Shown here: positions 29,572 to 39,733 of the stretch, in pieces | Position numbering within the stretch: the stretch's first letter is position 1 | Layout: the number at the start of each line of letters is the position of its first letter | NCBI GenBank assembly: GCA_964655015.1 | Contig: CAZZKR010000025.1 | Coordinates: 10,064-74,063 of the forward strand | Source: an uncultured Nitrososphaeria archaeon | GTDB lineage: Archaea > Thermoproteota > Nitrososphaeria_A > Caldarchaeales > Wolframiiraptoraceae | Length of the DNA: 64,000 nt | Direction of reading: 5' to 3' | Notes under the pieces: generated by a model | What the model was told of the DNA's origin: nothing | Database searches by the model: none | Seen by the model: the letters and a program-made list of their open reading frames with translations, nothing else | Program-made: the position numbers and the translations under genes

Positions 29572-30754
29572 GAATGCATTAGAATTTCCGACAAGGGTTT
29601 ACGAGGAAGGGAAGGTTAAGTTCTTAGCTCCAGCCCTTAAAGAAGGTTGGGAAAAAGCCGTCTCGCCGAGCGGCATGCCCGTCTTCTTCAACCCGCACTC
29701 TAAGTTATCACGCGATATGGCCGTTCTGATGGTTGGGGCATATTTTGATAGGAAGGGTATAAGGGTTTGCGAGCCCTTGGCTGGTTGCGGCGTTAGGGGC
29801 ATAAGGATCGCCGTTGAGACAGGGATTGTCTCAAAACTTGTTCTGAATGACATAAACAGGTTTGCCTATTCTTTGATGAAGAAGAACGTAGAAGCAGCCG
29901 GCCTAGCCGAGATAACCGAAGTTTACAACCTCGACGCGAACGCACTCCTTGCAACACATTCCACCGGGAAGCTTAGGTTTGACTACGTGGATGTGGACCC
30001 CGCAGGCTCACCTGCGCCTTTTCTCGAGAACGCAATACGTTCCTGCCAAAGCGGGGGTTTGCTCGGCGTTACGGCGACGGACTTAGCACCGCTTTGCGGA
30101 ACGAACCCCCTTTCATGCATAAGGAAATATGACGCGGTACCCTATGCGTCGCCATACTCAAAGGAAACGGCCGCGAGAATCTTGTTGGGCTTTGTGGCAA
30201 GAACCGCGGCTAGGATTGGAATGAGTATCTCACCAATTTTGACATTCTACAGGAGGCATTACATAAGGACGTTCGTGAGACTAAATTACGGCAAGACCCT
30301 GGCTAAGGAATCGCTCAAGAATGTCGGATGGATGTACGAGTGCAAATCGTGCGGTAGTGTTCAATGGTCGAGTTACGTCGAACCCATTAAGCTATGCGAA
30401 GTTTGTAGCTCCGTCCCGCGAGTTTTCGGTCCATTATGGCTTGGAGAGTTGGCCTCGAAAGACCTCGTCCTAAAGGCATTGGGGATGGCATACGAGGCCG
30501 ACATGAAGGAGGCCTACAGCTTGCTAAGAAAGATTTCAGAAGAAATCCAGACAATCCCATTCTATTACAGGGTTGACGAAATTGGTAAGAGGCTTAAGTC
30601 AAGAGCACCAAAACCCGCTAGCATCGTGGATGAGCTCCGATCCATTGGCTTCAACGCATCGTTAACACACTTTGATGGACAAGGCTTTAAGACCGACGCT
30701 CCGCGTGAAGTCGTTGAACGGGTGTTTTCCGAGCTTACATCCTCAAAAACTTAG
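29555..30754 (+). CDS. trm1: tRNA (guanine26-N2)-dimethyltransferase Trm1
   Basis: 399 aa; Trm1 N-terminal signature (FFNPHSKLSRDMAV…LAGCGVRGIR) and a C-terminal Cys cluster. Confidence 0.8.
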   Translation: MSGLDENALEFPTRVYEEGKVKFLAPALKEGWEKAVSPSGMPVFFNPHSKLSRDMAVLMVGAYFDRKGIRVCEPLAGCGVRGIRIAVETGIVSKLVLNDINRFAYSLMKKNVEAAGLAEITEVYNLDANALLATHSTGKLRFDYVDVDPAGSPAPFLENAIRSCQSGGLLGVTATDLAPLCGTNPLSCIRKYDAVPYASPYSKETAARILLGFVARTAARIGMSISPILTFYRRHYIRTFVRLNYGKTLAKESLKNVGWMYECKSCGSVQWSSYVEPIKLCEVCSSVPRVFGPLWLGELASKDLVLKALGMAYEADMKEAYSLLRKISEEIQTIPFYYRVDEIGKRLKSRAPKPASIVDELRSIGFNASLTHFDGQGFKTDAPREVVERVFSELTSSKT

Positions 30755-30799
30755 CCAGTAAGAACAAAGTCCTTAAAGCTTAACCTCATGTTGCATACT

Positions 30800-31399
30800 T
30801 TATTTCTTATCCAATGCCAATAGAAATATCTCAGAACTGTGTTTTCTCGTAGCTGTTGGGACAACCCGCTTAACTTTTTGAAAGATAAGGCGCAACCTGT
30901 CTTCAATGCTTTTTACCTCGGGGCTTTCAAAAAGTTTCAGATAGATACCGCCGCCCTTGCGGACTAGCTCACTTGTTATCCTTAATGCAGCTTCAACAAG
31001 CTCAAGTTGTCTCGGTATGTCAACCTCCCTAATTCCTGTCAAGTTCGACGCCAAATCTGATATCAACTTATCAGCAAGCTCGCCCCTCAAAGCCTCCTTT
31101 ATCTTTTTTGTTACTTCAGGATCTAAAACGTCTGAGGTTATGTTTATAACATTATCCGCGATCTTAAAATTCTGGGGTTTCACATCTACGGCGATGACAA
31201 GCCCTCGCGGGCCAACGTACTTAGCCGCTAATTGCGCCATACCCCCTGGTGCCGAACCTAAGATTATGACTTTGTCACCCGGTTTTAGAAAGCCATACCT
31301 CCTCTGTACATACTGGAGCTTAAAGGCAGCTCTTGAAAATAGCCCAAGCTTTTTTGCTAGCGTAGTGTAGTAATCTCTAGAAGGATGTTTTCTAAGCAT
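30800..31399 (-). CDS. rrmJ: Ribosomal RNA large subunit 2'-O-methyltransferase RrmJ/FtsJ
   Basis: 199 aa; SRAAFKL…LGSAPGGM motifs are typical of FtsJ. Confidence 0.8.
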   Translation of the reverse strand: MLRKHPSRDYYTTLAKKLGLFSRAAFKLQYVQRRYGFLKPGDKVIILGSAPGGMAQLAAKYVGPRGLVIAVDVKPQNFKIADNVINITSDVLDPEVTKKIKEALRGELADKLISDLASNLTGIREVDIPRQLELVEAALRITSELVRKGGGIYLKLFESPEVKSIEDRLRLIFQKVKRVVPTATRKHSSEIFLLALDKK

Positions 31400-31402
31400 G
31401 TG

Positions 31403-31783
31403 TTAGACCTGGCTGGACGTGTTAGTATGTTGTCCCATTATCCACTCTTCTAACTGCACACACGTACAAGGTGTTATCATCTTATCCAAGCCGCATGTGT
31501 TTTCATGTGGACATGATGGACATGGAGCACCTTTGATGGGCTCAATGCTCAGCTGTCTTATCAGTGGAACTAACCTTCTGGTCCACCTATCGTTCGCGAA
31601 CTCCTTAACCCGCTTTACTATCCCTTTCTTTTCTAACTTTATAGCTATCCTAGACCCTTCCCTGCTTGTAACACCTAGCTTATGCCAAAGCTCGGATTGA
31701 AGTATGCCTTTATCTTCATATTTCAGTAGAAGTTTTATTGCCCGCTCCTCAAGTTTTGTCATTTTCATCTGCATACTTATCAC
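31403..31783 (-). CDS. Winged-helix protein with a C-terminal Cys cluster, possible TFE-beta-like factor
   Basis: 126 aa. The N-terminal wHTH is followed by CPSCPHENTCG…PCTC, consistent with a TFEbeta/RPC34-like WH plus FeS domain. Adjacent to tfb. Confidence 0.4.
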   Translation of the reverse strand: MISMQMKMTKLEERAIKLLLKYEDKGILQSELWHKLGVTSREGSRIAIKLEKKGIVKRVKEFANDRWTRRLVPLIRQLSIEPIKGAPCPSCPHENTCGLDKMITPCTCVQLEEWIMGQHTNTSSQV

Positions 31784-31867
31784 ACCGTAATTGAATAACG
31801 TATCCGATTAGTTTTTTATTCCTAAGATTGCCTTGTTTACAAATATTTTGTTGGCAATATTTAAACA

Positions 31868-32806
31868 CTATTCTGTTTCCAGCTCGATACGTATTCTAAT
31901 ATTTGTTAGCAACTCTTTATATCTATTCCTGATGGTTACTTCTGTTACCCTTGCGACCTCAGCAACCTCTCGTTGTGTTAACTTGTACCCCATAAGCATC
32001 GCCGCTAGATACGTTGCGGCTGCCGCCAGACCCACGGGGCCTCTACCGTCTATCAAGCCACACGCTCTCGCATGCTCTAGCAATTCAACCGCCAATCTCT
32101 CAACATCGCCCTTAACCTTGAAGTTATTAACAAACCTTGAAACGTACAGCTTGGTATCCGGTGAAGGTGGTGCTATGTTTAACTTGCTGATGAGAAATCT
32201 ATAACATTTTGTTATCTCTTTTTTGTTCAAATTCAATGCCGCAGCTATCTCGCTTAACATCCTTGGGATGCCGCACTGCTTACAGGCTAAATAAACGGCG
32301 GCCGCTGCCGTATTTCTTATAGATCTACCGCGCATAACGCTTGTCCTTACTACTTTTCTGTATATGAGGCTCGCAGTTTCCATGATGTTTGTGGGTAGAC
32401 CTAGCTTCAGACATATCGCCGCAATTTCCGATAGACCTCTAATGGAACTTCTTGCGGTACCATTCATTAACGTCATTTTATCGCATCGCTTAATAGCAGA
32501 TAATGTTTCGACTTGTATATCCGAAACGTCCGTGCCTTTTGTATCCTTCCATCCTATCTTGGTCGAGAGACCCATATCATACATAACTAAAGTTACCGGA
32601 GCGCCGACTCGTACCCTTTTTCCATCTCTATCTTGGTCGAAGCTCCTCCATTCAGGCCCTAAGTCGGCCGTAACGTTAACTATAACGTAACCGCAATCCA
32701 CGCAAACTACTTCTCCGCTGAGCTTATCAAACAACAGATTTGAACTACCACACTCAGGACATTTTGTTACCGTTTCGTCATGTATAATTCGCGACAAAAG
32801 TCTCAC
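31868..32806 (-). CDS. tfb: Transcription initiation factor TFB
   Basis: 312 aa with an N-terminal Zn ribbon (CPECGS…CVDCG), B-reader and two cyclin folds. Confidence 0.9.
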   Translation of the reverse strand: MRLLSRIIHDETVTKCPECGSSNLLFDKLSGEVVCVDCGYVIVNVTADLGPEWRSFDQDRDGKRVRVGAPVTLVMYDMGLSTKIGWKDTKGTDVSDIQVETLSAIKRCDKMTLMNGTARSSIRGLSEIAAICLKLGLPTNIMETASLIYRKVVRTSVMRGRSIRNTAAAAVYLACKQCGIPRMLSEIAAALNLNKKEITKCYRFLISKLNIAPPSPDTKLYVSRFVNNFKVKGDVERLAVELLEHARACGLIDGRGPVGLAAAATYLAAMLMGYKLTQREVAEVARVTEVTIRNRYKELLTNIRIRIELETE

Positions 32807-33042
32807 TCCATGATGTAAAATTTTGAACCTTGTGGATACTTCTTATCTGTTGTAAGCTTTATGGCCACAAAATGCGAGTTAACTGGCCCAAAAATGTTGG
32901 TTACATAACCAACATCGTTAAGCTCCTCATCATAGGCTTTAACCCCCAGTCTCGGAACAGCTTTCCCCTTCAATACGGCCTCATTACCTACATTATGAAG
33001 TAGGATGCCCAAAAATACGGGCCCGCGTTTCAGCTTAGACAT
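32803..33042 (-). CDS. gar1: H/ACA RNP protein Gar1
   Basis: 79 aa Gar1 beta-barrel (…LGVKAYDEELNDVGYVTNIFGPVNSHFVAIK…). Confidence 0.7.
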   Translation of the reverse strand: MSKLKRGPVFLGILLHNVGNEAVLKGKAVPRLGVKAYDEELNDVGYVTNIFGPVNSHFVAIKLTTDKKYPQGSKFYIME

Positions 33043-33078
33043 GATTAATATCTATAATTGGTTACATTTAAGATTTTA

Positions 33079-33384
33079 TCACGCTTTTGTTTCTTGCCTC
33101 AATAATTCCTGTGCTAAGGCTTTGATGACGGACTGTTTGTTTAATGGTTTATCTGGCCTAACTATGAGCCTTCCGGTTTTTTTCCAATGCGTTTTAGGAT
33201 GAGCAGCAACCTCAACTTTGACGTACCATCCGAGCCTTTGAGCAGCCTTACTCAATTTTTCGACAGTGGGCAGTCTCGATGAAAGTGGTAATGGCACCCT
33301 CCTACCCTCGCTCCGGCTCAGCGTTCTGTCAAAGTATGTGGGCCATATTATGAACCCTTCACGTTTAATCATGTAAAGTATCAC
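33079..33384 (-). CDS. srp19: Signal recognition particle protein SRP19
   Basis: 101 aa; IIWPTYFD…SRSEGRRVP matches the SRP19 family. Confidence 0.75.
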   Translation of the reverse strand: MILYMIKREGFIIWPTYFDRTLSRSEGRRVPLPLSSRLPTVEKLSKAAQRLGWYVKVEVAAHPKTHWKKTGRLIVRPDKPLNKQSVIKALAQELLRQETKA

Positions 33385-33407
33385 TCTTTGTAGAATTTAT
33401 GCCAAGG

Positions 33408-33800
33408 CTAACCAGCAGGGGCGATAAGAACTGCGTTTAGAACACCATCCCTGCCAGGTCTTGAAGTAATCTTCGCATCCCCGAGCGGCGTTTCAACTAT
33501 TGCGCCCTTTGTGATTATGCCCCTTCTTTCATAATCCTTATTGGAAGGGTTAGATTTAACCCGGATTATTGTGGTCCTTTCGACCCTTTTTGTGATCGGG
33601 TTGTAAACGTTTACCATATTGTCGGAAACCACTGCTACCTTAATCCCTCCACCAAAAGCATCTTTAATATCTATTTTTCTATCGCCTACCACAGTCAGCC
33701 TCGGCTCTCCTCCACGCTCATACCTCCTCTTCTTCCTGTATGGAATCCTCTTACCGCCAGTCGGTTTTCGTTTATGTATGTCAGTATGCCACTGTACCAT
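33408..33800 (-). CDS. rps8e: 30S ribosomal protein S8e
   Basis: 130 aa with a basic N-terminus (HKRKPTGGK) and the S8e signature. Confidence 0.85.
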   Translation of the reverse strand: MVQWHTDIHKRKPTGGKRIPYRKKRRYERGGEPRLTVVGDRKIDIKDAFGGGIKVAVVSDNMVNVYNPITKRVERTTIIRVKSNPSNKDYERRGIITKGAIVETPLGDAKITSRPGRDGVLNAVLIAPAG

Positions 33801-33830
33801 AGCAACTCCTTTTTAAATGAAAGGAGCTTT

Positions 33831-34376
33831 TTAACTTTTATTGGGGTCCTTCCCCAGCAACCCCTCTATGTACTTCCTTATTTCTTGGGGGTTGTTCTTG
33901 ATGTTGAAATAGTCTGCAAACAGTTGGGTAGTCCTAAGTAGGAGCGTTCTACCGGATTTTTCTGCCTCAACCAATCCCTTTTCGATTAGCTGTTTAACGT
34001 GTTTGTATGCCTCCTTTCCCCTGGCTGCCGCCAGAACCGCTTGACTTACCGGCTGATGGTATGCTATAAACGACAACGTTTTAAGTAGAGCTGTACTCAA
34101 AAGTGGTTTCTTCACATACTTCCTGACTATCTCTGAATATTCAGGTGCTAGGCACAGAAAGTACCTCTCACCCTCCAATTTTTTAATCCTAAAAGGATGG
34201 TTAGAGTTTTCGTATTCGGTAGATATTTCGTTTATGATCTCTCTGATTGTGCTTTTTGAAGTTGTGCCCACAGCATTCATGAGTTTTTGCAACTCAACAG
34301 GTTTGTCGGATGCATAAAGTAGCGACTCAATAACTGCCTTCATCCAAGCCTTTCTTTTTTCATCCATGCGTCTCAC
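33831..34376 (-). CDS. scpB: Segregation and condensation protein B (ScpB)
   Basis: 181 aa with tandem winged helices (…LSFIAYHQPVSQAVLAAARG…). Downstream of scpA/smc. Confidence 0.75.
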   Translation of the reverse strand: MRRMDEKRKAWMKAVIESLLYASDKPVELQKLMNAVGTTSKSTIREIINEISTEYENSNHPFRIKKLEGERYFLCLAPEYSEIVRKYVKKPLLSTALLKTLSFIAYHQPVSQAVLAAARGKEAYKHVKQLIEKGLVEAEKSGRTLLLRTTQLFADYFNIKNNPQEIRKYIEGLLGKDPNKS

Positions 34377-34896
34377 CTAAGGATATCAGAACTTTCCCAT
34401 CATCATTTTCAATTATCGTTATCATGCCCCTTGATGCAATAAATAGGAGCAGTATAAAACGTCTTACCGCCTCTAACCTATCAACACCGCTCATGATTTC
34501 CTCTAAAGTTACGATTCCTTTACTTTCCAGAACGCCTTTTATAAAATTGTAGAACTCCTCCACTCTTTCCTCGATCTTTATGATGAAGTCCTCGATGTTC
34601 AGCTGCTGTTGTTCGATATTGTCTTGCTTACGCTGTGGTTGCGGCTCGGAGAGAACACGCTTTAGAGCATCAATTAGCTCAAGTATTGTGGTCGTCACGA
34701 ATTCACCCCTTAATGGCGGAAATATCGGGGGTGGTACAAAGTATTCTTGCTTTTGTTTTATGACAGGTACTTCATCTGCATCGAGTAGTCTCTCTGTCTT
34801 CATTCTATGCAAAGTTGCAGCGGAATATACAGCAATCCCTGATGAAATAAAATCAAACAATTCTTTTCTCTTTAGAACCGTGGCTAAAGAGCTCAA
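34360..34896 (-). CDS. scpA: Segregation and condensation protein A (ScpA kleisin); real start probably further upstream, toward about 34990
   Basis: The C-terminal winged helix (…RLEAVRRFILLLFIASRGMITIIEND…) matches ScpA. The track ORF begins at a TTG. The frame remains open upstream to a stop at about 35035, overlapping the smc 3' end. Confidence 0.6.
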   Translation of the reverse strand: MSSLATVLKRKELFDFISSGIAVYSAATLHRMKTERLLDADEVPVIKQKQEYFVPPPIFPPLRGEFVTTTILELIDALKRVLSEPQPQRKQDNIEQQQLNIEDFIIKIEERVEEFYNFIKGVLESKGIVTLEEIMSGVDRLEAVRRFILLLFIASRGMITIIENDDGKVLISLGETHG

Positions 34897-34999
34897 TAAT
34901 TCTCTTAAGTTAATCTCCCAAACTCTTAGCTTATCCCAGTTTGTGACATCGAAGAGTACGCGCCACGGAGATCTAATCCATTGAATTTTTTCCTCTACG

Positions 35000-37900
35000 T
35001 CAGCCAGCCTTGACCCCCTCCAGTTTTGTCCTAATTATCTTAGATTCGCCCCTGTCCATATAAACGCCGATGAGCTGATCAGCTTTTTCGGCCAGCACGT
35101 CTTTGAGGCTTATGACTATTATCTGCGTCTTTTCTGACATCTCCTTCAGTAACTCGGCTAATGCGACCGTGTAGGCTACGTCCATGTGGGCATCTATTTC
35201 GTCAAAAATGTAAAAGTCAGCAGGTGTGAGGCCCTGTAGTGCCATCAGGAGCGATACAGCCGCGACAGACCTCTCGCCTCCACTAACGCTTCTCAAAGAA
35301 CGCTGGGGCTTTCCAGGAAACTGTACTACAACCTCAACACCCGAATCGCTCGGTTTTGTCTCATCAACAAGCCTAAGCCAAGCCACACCCTTCGTAAGTC
35401 TGTTAAAGTATGCCGCAAACTTTTCGGAAACCTTTTCCATCGTTGTGAAGAAAGCTCTTAATTTCTCTCCTTCTACCATCTTTATAAAGTTGATTATCTC
35501 TTGCCTCTCTAACTCTAACTCGCTTATTCTGACGGATCTGAGTTTGTAGTTTCCAATTAAAGCCTCGTACTGTTCTGGAGCCAGCTGATTTACAAAGGAG
35601 AGCTCATCTCTTTCCGCCTCTAATGCCACGAGCATCTGCTCTCTAAGCGTAGGCTCGAGTGTCAACAACTCCGTAGCATCAACATCGCCAAGTTCAGATA
35701 GTTTTCCCATCACCATTTGAAGCTGGGATTCTAATTTCACACTCTCAAGCCTGGCTTCTTGCTGCTCCGACCATAACCCTTTTAACTTTTCAGATATCTT
35801 GTTTTCCTCTTCAGCTTGCATGGATATTGTCTGTCTTAATTCATCCCTAATCTTAATCAGCTCCTTATGTTTTATCGACAGGTTTTCAATCTCTTGGTCC
35901 AGCTTACGGAGTTCACTTTCCAATAAAGTTAAACTAGATTCGAGCTCTGATCTTAGTTTTTTCTCCTCGTCCACCCTTAGCTTGCTGGCCTCCAAAGAGC
36001 GGTTAAGTGACTCGACCTCTGATCTATATCGGTTTATCAAGTTTAGGATTTTCCTTTTTGAATCCTCTAAACTTTTAAGAGAGGTGAATCTCTCCGCTAA
36101 CTGTATCTTCAACTCTGTGTATTTCGACTCTAGGATTTTTAGTTTTGATGAAGCCAGTTCAAAATCTTCCTCTATCTTTAGTTTTTTCTCCTCGTCAACC
36201 GGTTCTGTGCTAACAATTTCAGATAACCTTTCCTTGATATTCTCTTCTTCTTTGGCTAGAGTCTCCATCCTTTCGTCTATCCTCTTCTCCCTAGCCATCA
36301 ATTGCGAAAGTGTTTCTTCCAATAATTTACGCTCGGCATTGAGCGATTTAATATCTGCATTCAGGGAAGAAAGCTTTGCTTGTTGCTTCTGGACCTCGAT
36401 TTTTACAAACTCTGCCTTTTTTACAACCTCATCGCGTCTTAACCTTACTTCATTCAGCTTAAGTTTTATGTTTCCAAGATAGGATTCAAGATATTCTAGC
36501 TCATCACGTAACATTCTTGTTTTGCTTCTCTCATCACTAACAACCTTAACAAAACCGCCGGGATAGCAAATTATTCCTTTATCCAAAATTACTAGTTTGC
36601 CTTGCATTGCCTTTTTGCACGCCTCCTCGAAATCATTAGAAAATTCTACATTGTCCCTAACCCATGCTCGAAATTTTTCTAAATCGTCGCAATTTGTTTT
36701 GTCTAGATTGCCGTTTAACGTTAATAACTTACACTCAAAATCAAGAGAGGCGAACATTTCAGATAACAACCGTGTCACAGCATAGTTATCCGTCACGATC
36801 GCATTTGTCCACTCGTTGAGGACTACGTCGAGCTTTTCATCGAGTTCAGGCAGAGATTTGACAAGACTACCCAACGTCCCAACAACACCATCCACAAATT
36901 TCTCGGCCAACAGCTTAGCAAAATCTTCAAATTTCTTTGACGCCTCATCTTCAGGCCGAGTCGCTAATCGTATCTTTAACTCTGTTATAAGGGCCTCGGT
37001 CTTGTTAATAACGTCGTCTGCACGCGCGATGACCTCCGAGTAACGTCCAATCAAGGACATGTAACCGCTTAACTCTTGGTTAAGCTTCGCTACCTCTTCT
37101 TCTGTTATGCGTACCTCGGAAAGCAGGTTTTCAAGCTCCTTGTCAACCTCAGCAATTTTGTTCGTAATCTTTGAGAGCTCTCTGCATATGTCCTCTTTTT
37201 CCTTCATTAGTTGCTCTTTACTGTTCTTAATGTTTTCGAGCCTTAAGTATGCTTCGGACCGTGCCCTTTCCTCCTTAATCTTTGATAATTTGACTTCATT
37301 TAACTTCTTCTCAAGTTCTTTAACAACACTCCTCAGTCCGTTTACTTCATCAGACATCTTTGCAACTTCTTTCTCCAGTTGTTCCTTATCATTCGAACAT
37401 TCCCTAATCTTTAGCTCAAGTTCACTAAGCTCCTGTTCAGAAAGCGATATCGCCGACTCGAGCTCGGCAATCTTTTGTTGTATGTGCGCAGACTCCTTCT
37501 CCAAAATTCCTACACGATTTTCAGAATCCCTTATATCGAGTCTTAACTTCATGATTTTTTCGAACACTTCCTGTCGCTCTTTTACGAATTTTGATAATTT
37601 CTGTTCTATCTCAGATATTTCGTTCTCCGTTGCTTGTAAGTTAGATTTAAGCTCCGCAAGCCTTGCTGATACTTCTTGTTTTGCCCCCTCTAATATGCGA
37701 ACCTGTTCAGTTATATTATCGATTTTTGATTGTACAGTCCTAAGGACTTCGGAGATTTTTTCCATCTCCAGTCTATATTGAAGAGTTTTGAGTTTGGCAA
37801 TTTCTGCCTCTACGGCCTTCTTCCTGAGATACTGGTTCCTCTCTTTCTCGAGCTGCTTAACTCTCGTTCTAACTTCAGCGGTGCTGGCCTTAGCAATTTC

Positions 37901-38464
37901 CAAGTTCTTGTCGGCCAGCGCAAGTTGCTCTTCCGCCTCGGCTTTTTTCCTATTGTACTCCGCTATTCCCGCAACCTCTTCTATCAATTTACGCATATCG
38001 TCAGGATTCATTTCAGCCAGGTTCAATATCGCGCCTTGGGGTAGTATGTTAAAGCCTGAAGGTCTTATGTTAGCGGCTGAAAGTAACGTTAACAATTCTC
38101 CCCTCGATGCCGATCTTCCATTTATGTAATATTCACTTTCGCCGCTTTGGTAAATCTTCCTAGTAATCGTAACCTCATCCGTTTCTATCGGTAGCGCTTT
38201 TTCCGAGTTGTCTAAAGTTATTGATACTTTGGCGTATGCTGCTTTTCCTCTACTATCTTCATGAACTAATTCGGAGAGTCTGCCCACTCTTAAAGCATGC
38301 GGACTCAGCTCGCCCGTTACAAACCTAATAGCATCAAGCAAATTAGACTTGCCGCCACCATTTGGGCCGGTAATTACGACCAGACCTTTGACTAGCTCAA
38401 CCGTAGCCTTCCTTTGACCAAAGGACTTGAACGCATGAAGTGATAATTTTTTAATGTAAACCAT
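35000..38464 (-). CDS. smc: Chromosome segregation protein SMC
   Basis: 1154 aa with N-terminal Walker A (GPNGGGKSN), long coiled coils, a hinge, and C-terminal signature plus Walker B (…SGGERSVAAVSLLMAL…FYIFDEIDAHMD). Confidence 0.9.
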   Translation of the reverse strand: MVYIKKLSLHAFKSFGQRKATVELVKGLVVITGPNGGGKSNLLDAIRFVTGELSPHALRVGRLSELVHEDSRGKAAYAKVSITLDNSEKALPIETDEVTITRKIYQSGESEYYINGRSASRGELLTLLSAANIRPSGFNILPQGAILNLAEMNPDDMRKLIEEVAGIAEYNRKKAEAEEQLALADKNLEIAKASTAEVRTRVKQLEKERNQYLRKKAVEAEIAKLKTLQYRLEMEKISEVLRTVQSKIDNITEQVRILEGAKQEVSARLAELKSNLQATENEISEIEQKLSKFVKERQEVFEKIMKLRLDIRDSENRVGILEKESAHIQQKIAELESAISLSEQELSELELKIRECSNDKEQLEKEVAKMSDEVNGLRSVVKELEKKLNEVKLSKIKEERARSEAYLRLENIKNSKEQLMKEKEDICRELSKITNKIAEVDKELENLLSEVRITEEEVAKLNQELSGYMSLIGRYSEVIARADDVINKTEALITELKIRLATRPEDEASKKFEDFAKLLAEKFVDGVVGTLGSLVKSLPELDEKLDVVLNEWTNAIVTDNYAVTRLLSEMFASLDFECKLLTLNGNLDKTNCDDLEKFRAWVRDNVEFSNDFEEACKKAMQGKLVILDKGIICYPGGFVKVVSDERSKTRMLRDELEYLESYLGNIKLKLNEVRLRRDEVVKKAEFVKIEVQKQQAKLSSLNADIKSLNAERKLLEETLSQLMAREKRIDERMETLAKEEENIKERLSEIVSTEPVDEEKKLKIEEDFELASSKLKILESKYTELKIQLAERFTSLKSLEDSKRKILNLINRYRSEVESLNRSLEASKLRVDEEKKLRSELESSLTLLESELRKLDQEIENLSIKHKELIKIRDELRQTISMQAEEENKISEKLKGLWSEQQEARLESVKLESQLQMVMGKLSELGDVDATELLTLEPTLREQMLVALEAERDELSFVNQLAPEQYEALIGNYKLRSVRISELELERQEIINFIKMVEGEKLRAFFTTMEKVSEKFAAYFNRLTKGVAWLRLVDETKPSDSGVEVVVQFPGKPQRSLRSVSGGERSVAAVSLLMALQGLTPADFYIFDEIDAHMDVAYTVALAELLKEMSEKTQIIVISLKDVLAEKADQLIGVYMDRGESKIIRTKLEGVKAG

Positions 38465-38665
38465 CCCACGCGCCCTACGGCCTCTTTAACCTCTTTGATT
38501 GGACGGGCAATATTTGTTTATACTGTTGGAAGAGAGGGCGCATATCACAGCACCACAATCGCGTCTTACTGGTATAATATGCTACCCTGGCAAATTCTGA
38601 AGTTTAAAGGTTATATTAGCCGTTTCGCTCTTTTCCGCTTAGGTTAAAGGGTAGCTGGTGTATAA

Positions 38666-39733
38666 ATGGAGAGAATAAAACGCCTTTTAGATCTGATGGA
38701 AGGGAGGGCTTTCAGCGCGTATTTGCTGACGTTACCCGAAAATCTTTACTATTTTATAGGATTTAAGGGCGAGGGCGCGGCCGTAATAATGTCTGACGGC
38801 TCCGTCAGACTTTATACGTTACCTCTTTACTACGAGTTGGCTGTCCAGCAGGTAATACCGAGTGTTGAGGTGATTAAAACAAAGAGCTATGACATGTTCA
38901 AAGAAGAGCTCGCGGATGAGTTGGGTAAGCTGGTCGGGGATGTTGGGTTCGACTACATGGACGCCGAATCCTTCTGGAAGTTATCGTCAAAGTTGAGGTT
39001 TCTACATTTAATTCCGTCATCCGATCTTGTTTGGAAGTTAAGGTCCATAAAAGATGAAAAGGAAATTGAGAAGATAGCAAAAGCAGCGGCAATATCTGAT
39101 GTAGGTATGGAAATCGCTTCCGATTTAATATCGCCAGGTGTGACTGAACAGGATGTGAAGGCAGAACTAACAGAGGAGCTACTAAGATGTGGTGCGGATA
39201 GAGTCGCATTTGACATAATAGTGGCCTCCGGTACAAAGTCGTCTTTACCTCATGGTGGTCCGGGTAATAGACAACTTCAGGCCGGCGACGTTGTTGTTAT
39301 AGACTTGGGTGCATCAGTAAGCGAGTATTCGGCAGATGTAACGAGAACGTTTTTTGTAGGAGATAAAGTACAGGACAAAATTGAGAAGGTTTACAAATTG
39401 GTCGAGGAGGCTAAAAATTTAGCTGAGGAGCATATGATGGCATGGGTCTCAGCTTCGTCCGTTGATAGGGTTGCGAGACAGTTTATAGAAAATGCTGGGT
39501 TTGTTGAGTATTTTGTCCATAGCTTGGGACACGGCATAGGGTTAAGCGTTCACGAGCCGCCAAGAATATCACCTAATAGCAAAGACCTGCTCGCTGAAAA
39601 CATGGTTGTGACATGCGAGCCTGGTGTGTATATTCCAGGACAATACGGTATAAGACTTGAAGATACTTTGGTAATCAAGAAGGATAGTGCTGTACGGTTA
39701 TCTAAGGCACCGTTTAATCCCTATACACATTAA
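38666..39733 (+). CDS. pepQ: Xaa-Pro aminopeptidase/prolidase (M24B family)
   Basis: 355 aa with creatinase N-domain and a pita-bread fold bearing metal ligands (…HSLGHGIGLSVHE…). Confidence 0.8.
   Translation: MERIKRLLDLMEGRAFSAYLLTLPENLYYFIGFKGEGAAVIMSDGSVRLYTLPLYYELAVQQVIPSVEVIKTKSYDMFKEELADELGKLVGDVGFDYMDAESFWKLSSKLRFLHLIPSSDLVWKLRSIKDEKEIEKIAKAAAISDVGMEIASDLISPGVTEQDVKAELTEELLRCGADRVAFDIIVASGTKSSLPHGGPGNRQLQAGDVVVIDLGASVSEYSADVTRTFFVGDKVQDKIEKVYKLVEEAKNLAEEHMMAWVSASSVDRVARQFIENAGFVEYFVHSLGHGIGLSVHEPPRISPNSKDLLAENMVVTCEPGVYIPGQYGIRLEDTLVIKKDSAVRLSKAPFNPYTH

Noticed and set aside
35226-38129. Several long plus-strand ORFs (for example 35799..36482 and 37107..37781) antisense to smc
   Set aside because: These are Ser/Leu/Phe-rich low-complexity translations, typical shadow ORFs opposite a Glu/Lys/Leu-rich coiled-coil gene. 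They have no start context.
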